A stretch of DNA of 62,801 bases from an uncultured bacterium (GTDB taxonomy: Bacteria; Patescibacteriota; Saccharimonadia; Saccharimonadales; CAIOMD01), in assembly GCA_903880655.1 (NCBI GenBank), contig CAIRQE010000106.1, forward strand, positions 1-62,801, in the 5' to 3' direction. Both the position numbers and the translations under genes were made by a program. Shown piece by piece: positions 60,863 through 62,801 of this stretch. A model generated the notes under the pieces. The model did no database searches and had not been told where the DNA came from. It worked only from the letters and a program-made list of their open reading frames with translations. Numbering within the stretch: position 1 is the first letter of the stretch; each line of letters starts with the position of its first letter.

Positions 60863-61761
60863 TGTTTGGTATAGCTCCGTTCTCAAAGACGCCTTTCTCT
60901 ACGTTATCTAGTAGTGCGTATAGTTTTACTGTGGCTGAAAATATAAACTCAGCAGATTCTAATAGTCAGCTATATGCGTTTTTACAATCACAGAGCGAAG
61001 GGTTTCTTATAACGGATAATAACTCCGATGCAGGGATATACTTTGAAGGTATTGTAGAGACTGTATCTAATGCGGATTTTAGTACGCAATTAAGTACTTT
61101 TGGGCAGACACGTTCAGAGAATGTATCGTTAGCCGATACACCAACAATTAGGGCAGACTTCACTCAAAGCCCAACAGAACCCCTTACCCTAGAAGATACT
61201 CTAGTTCCTTACTTTGCTGCATTGCAAACTCGTGTAGAGCCTTTTACTATAGATGATGTGCGTTCTATGCTGGCGCAGTTATACCAGTCTATTTCAGAGC
61301 CTATAACCGTAAACGACACACCTACAATCTTAGCTCAATTTGCACAAACTGTTTCAGAGCCTATAACCGTAGAAGACCAAAGAACAATATTAGCGCAGTT
61401 CCTATCAAGTGTTACTGAAGATATATCTGCTAATGATGTATTGCTTATTGGGAGTGCGTTCTTCTTTACTATAATAGAGAACTTTTCATCAGATGATGCT
61501 AGGGCTATTATTGCTGGTTTTGCACAATCAATAGAAGAATCTTTAACTGTAGGCGACATAAACGATATAGCAGCTCAATTTAAGTCTGTTATATTTGAAA
61601 CTATTTCGTTATTGAGCTATCAACCTGTGCATGGATGGTTTAAAATAAACGATAGTCAATCAGTAACGTGGGTTCCAGTAAATGACACCCAGATAACAAC
61701 ATGGACTGCGGTAAATGATACTCAAACCCCCAACTGGGTTCCGGTAGACGACTCTCAATAA
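60862..61761 (+). CDS. repeat-containing tail-module protein (299 aa)
   Basis: ~20-aa repeats (SEPITVxDxxTILAQFxQ). A 20-nt block is identical at 61292-61311 and 61352-61371. WVPVNDTQ repeats at the C-terminus. Confidence 0.55.
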   Translation: MFGIAPFSKTPFSTLSSSAYSFTVAENINSADSNSQLYAFLQSQSEGFLITDNNSDAGIYFEGIVETVSNADFSTQLSTFGQTRSENVSLADTPTIRADFTQSPTEPLTLEDTLVPYFAALQTRVEPFTIDDVRSMLAQLYQSISEPITVNDTPTILAQFAQTVSEPITVEDQRTILAQFLSSVTEDISANDVLLIGSAFFFTIIENFSSDDARAIIAGFAQSIEESLTVGDINDIAAQFKSVIFETISLLSYQPVHGWFKINDSQSVTWVPVNDTQITTWTAVNDTQTPNWVPVDDSQ

Positions 61762-61772
61762 AGGATACTTTC

Positions 61773-62801
61773 ATGGCATCAACATATTCACCTAATCTAC
61801 GTATAGAGCTTATTGCTGTTGGTGAGCAATCTAATACATGGGGCGGCACAACTAATAACAATCTTGGAACCCTAATTGAGCAAGCTATCTCAGGGGTAGT
61901 CTCTATTGATGTAACTTTAGGAAATGTAACTCTAACAGCATTACAAGGGGCTACGGATCAATCCCGTCAAATGGTCATTATAGCTACTGGTACTCCCGGT
62001 GTTACTCGTACCATAACCGCCCCTGCAGTTAATAAAGTCTATAGTGTAGTTAATAATTCAGACGCTACATTAAGTTTTATAGCCTCTGGTGGTACTGGAG
62101 TTACATTAATTGCTGGCGCTAAGAAATATCTTTATTGTGATGGCACTAACTTTTATGATGCTATTAATGCTGTAACGGTTACAAGCGGAACTATTGACGG
62201 AACTACAATAGGGGCTACAACTCCAACTACAGGTAAGTTTACTACCATAAATGCTTCTGGACAGATCACTTCTACAGTAGCTATTGGAACCGCCCCTCTT
62301 GTTGTTACCTCTACTACAGCTGTTGCTAACTTAACTGCAAGTAATGTCACTACTAACGCCAATCTAACTGGTGCTGTAACTTCTGTAGGCAACGCCACTT
62401 CTCTAGGGTCTTTTACTTCAGCTCAGCTTGCCACTGCGCTTACAGATGAGACTGGTACAGGAGCTAACGTATTTGCAACAAGTCCTACACTAGTAACTCC
62501 TGCTCTTGGAACCCCCTCGGCGCTTGTAGGTACTAATATAACAGGTACGGCTACTAATTTTACAGCCTCTAATGTCACTACTAACGCCAATCTAACTGGT
62601 GCTGTAACTTCTGTAGGCAATGCTACTTCTCTAGGGTCTTTTACTTCAGCTAATCTAGCTGCAGCTCTTACAGATGAGACTGGTACAGGAGCTAACGTAT
62701 TTGCAACAAGTCCTACACTAGTAACTCCTGCTCTTGGAACCCCCTCGGCGCTTGTAGGTACTAATATAACAGGTACGGCTACTAATTTTACAGCCTCTAA
62801 C
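61773..62801 (+). CDS. tail fibre protein, 5' part (runs off the window end)
   Basis: MASTYSPNLRIELIAVGEQSNTWGGTTNNNLGTLIEQAISG is a common fibre N-terminus. Open through the last base. Contains 76-aa repeats. Absent from the ORF track because no stop lies in the window. Confidence 0.65.
   Translation, partial: MASTYSPNLRIELIAVGEQSNTWGGTTNNNLGTLIEQAISGVVSIDVTLGNVTLTALQGATDQSRQMVIIATGTPGVTRTITAPAVNKVYSVVNNSDATLSFIASGGTGVTLIAGAKKYLYCDGTNFYDAINAVTVTSGTIDGTTIGATTPTTGKFTTINASGQITSTVAIGTAPLVVTSTTAVANLTASNVTTNANLTGAVTSVGNATSLGSFTSAQLATALTDETGTGANVFATSPTLVTPALGTPSALVGTNITGTATNFTASNVTTNANLTGAVTSVGNATSLGSFTSANLAAALTDETGTGANVFATSPTLVTPALGTPSALVGTNITGTATNFTASN
62346..62801 (+). repeat. 228-bp (76-aa) tandem repeat, 2 copies; the window ends at the unit boundary
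   Basis: 62346-62573 versus 62574-62801. The last ~137 bp of each unit are identical apart from the final base (t/c). About 10 substitutions are clustered in the first 90 bp. Confidence 0.9.

Noticed and set aside
62153-62620. Minus-strand ORFs 62153-62398 and 62423-62620
   Set aside because: They are antisense shadows of the repeat-containing tail-fibre gene. Their near-identical products simply mirror the 228-bp tandem repeat.
1-62801. tRNA, rRNA, integrase or attachment sites, diversity-generating retroelement, nucleotide-modification cluster
   Set aside because: No T-loop or anticodon-arm-like structures, recombinase motifs, reverse transcriptase or modification-enzyme motifs were seen while reading the ORFs and intergenic regions. 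This is a by-eye negative and should be confirmed with tRNAscan-SE, Infernal and HMM searches.

Overview
The window reads as a near-complete genome of a tailed dsDNA phage with T7-supergroup (podovirus-type) structural genes. No integrase, rRNA, tRNA or CRISPR array was recognised. There are three arms. (i) 1-17455 (+): a gp12-like tail tubular protein B, a run of Gly/Ala- and Gln/Asn-rich internal virion (ejection) proteins, and a 2382-aa multidomain virion protein with a lytic transglycosylase and an HExxH module. (ii) 17483-41113 (-): the replication and early arm. It holds a primase-polymerase/SF3 helicase, SNF2 helicase, Cas4-like nuclease, family A DNA polymerase, VRR-NUC nuclease, a sigma-70 region-4 protein with other HTH proteins, an AAA+/VWA pair, and many small ORFs. 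(iii) 41654-62801 (+): packaging, head and tail genes (large terminase, portal, GroES-like protein, scaffold, major capsid protein, gp11-like adaptor, tail fibres). The last gene runs off the window inside a 228-bp tandem repeat. The - and + arms diverge from about 1.9 kb of largely non-coding DNA (39779-40435 and 41151-41653). At least eight homing-endonuclease-type genes are present (six HNH, including two HNH-AP2 and one degenerate copy, one small HNH-motif protein, one GIY-YIG). The observations most worth follow-up are: (1) a 14-18 bp palindrome, GGGTAC[T/G]TGTACCC, present seven times only between 35.8 and 41.2 kb, four copies lying 23-35 nt upstream of early start codons; (2) a small early ORF whose N-terminus copies the first ~19 residues of the major capsid protein at protein level but not DNA level; (3) a cupin-like/SET-domain protein inside the ejection-protein cluster; (4) a recurrent Gly-Gly motif shared by many virion-module proteins; (5) a structured control region with an AT-only microsatellite, inverted repeats and a 26-bp perfect palindrome. 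All functional calls rest on motifs I recognised by eye. No database search or alignment was run.
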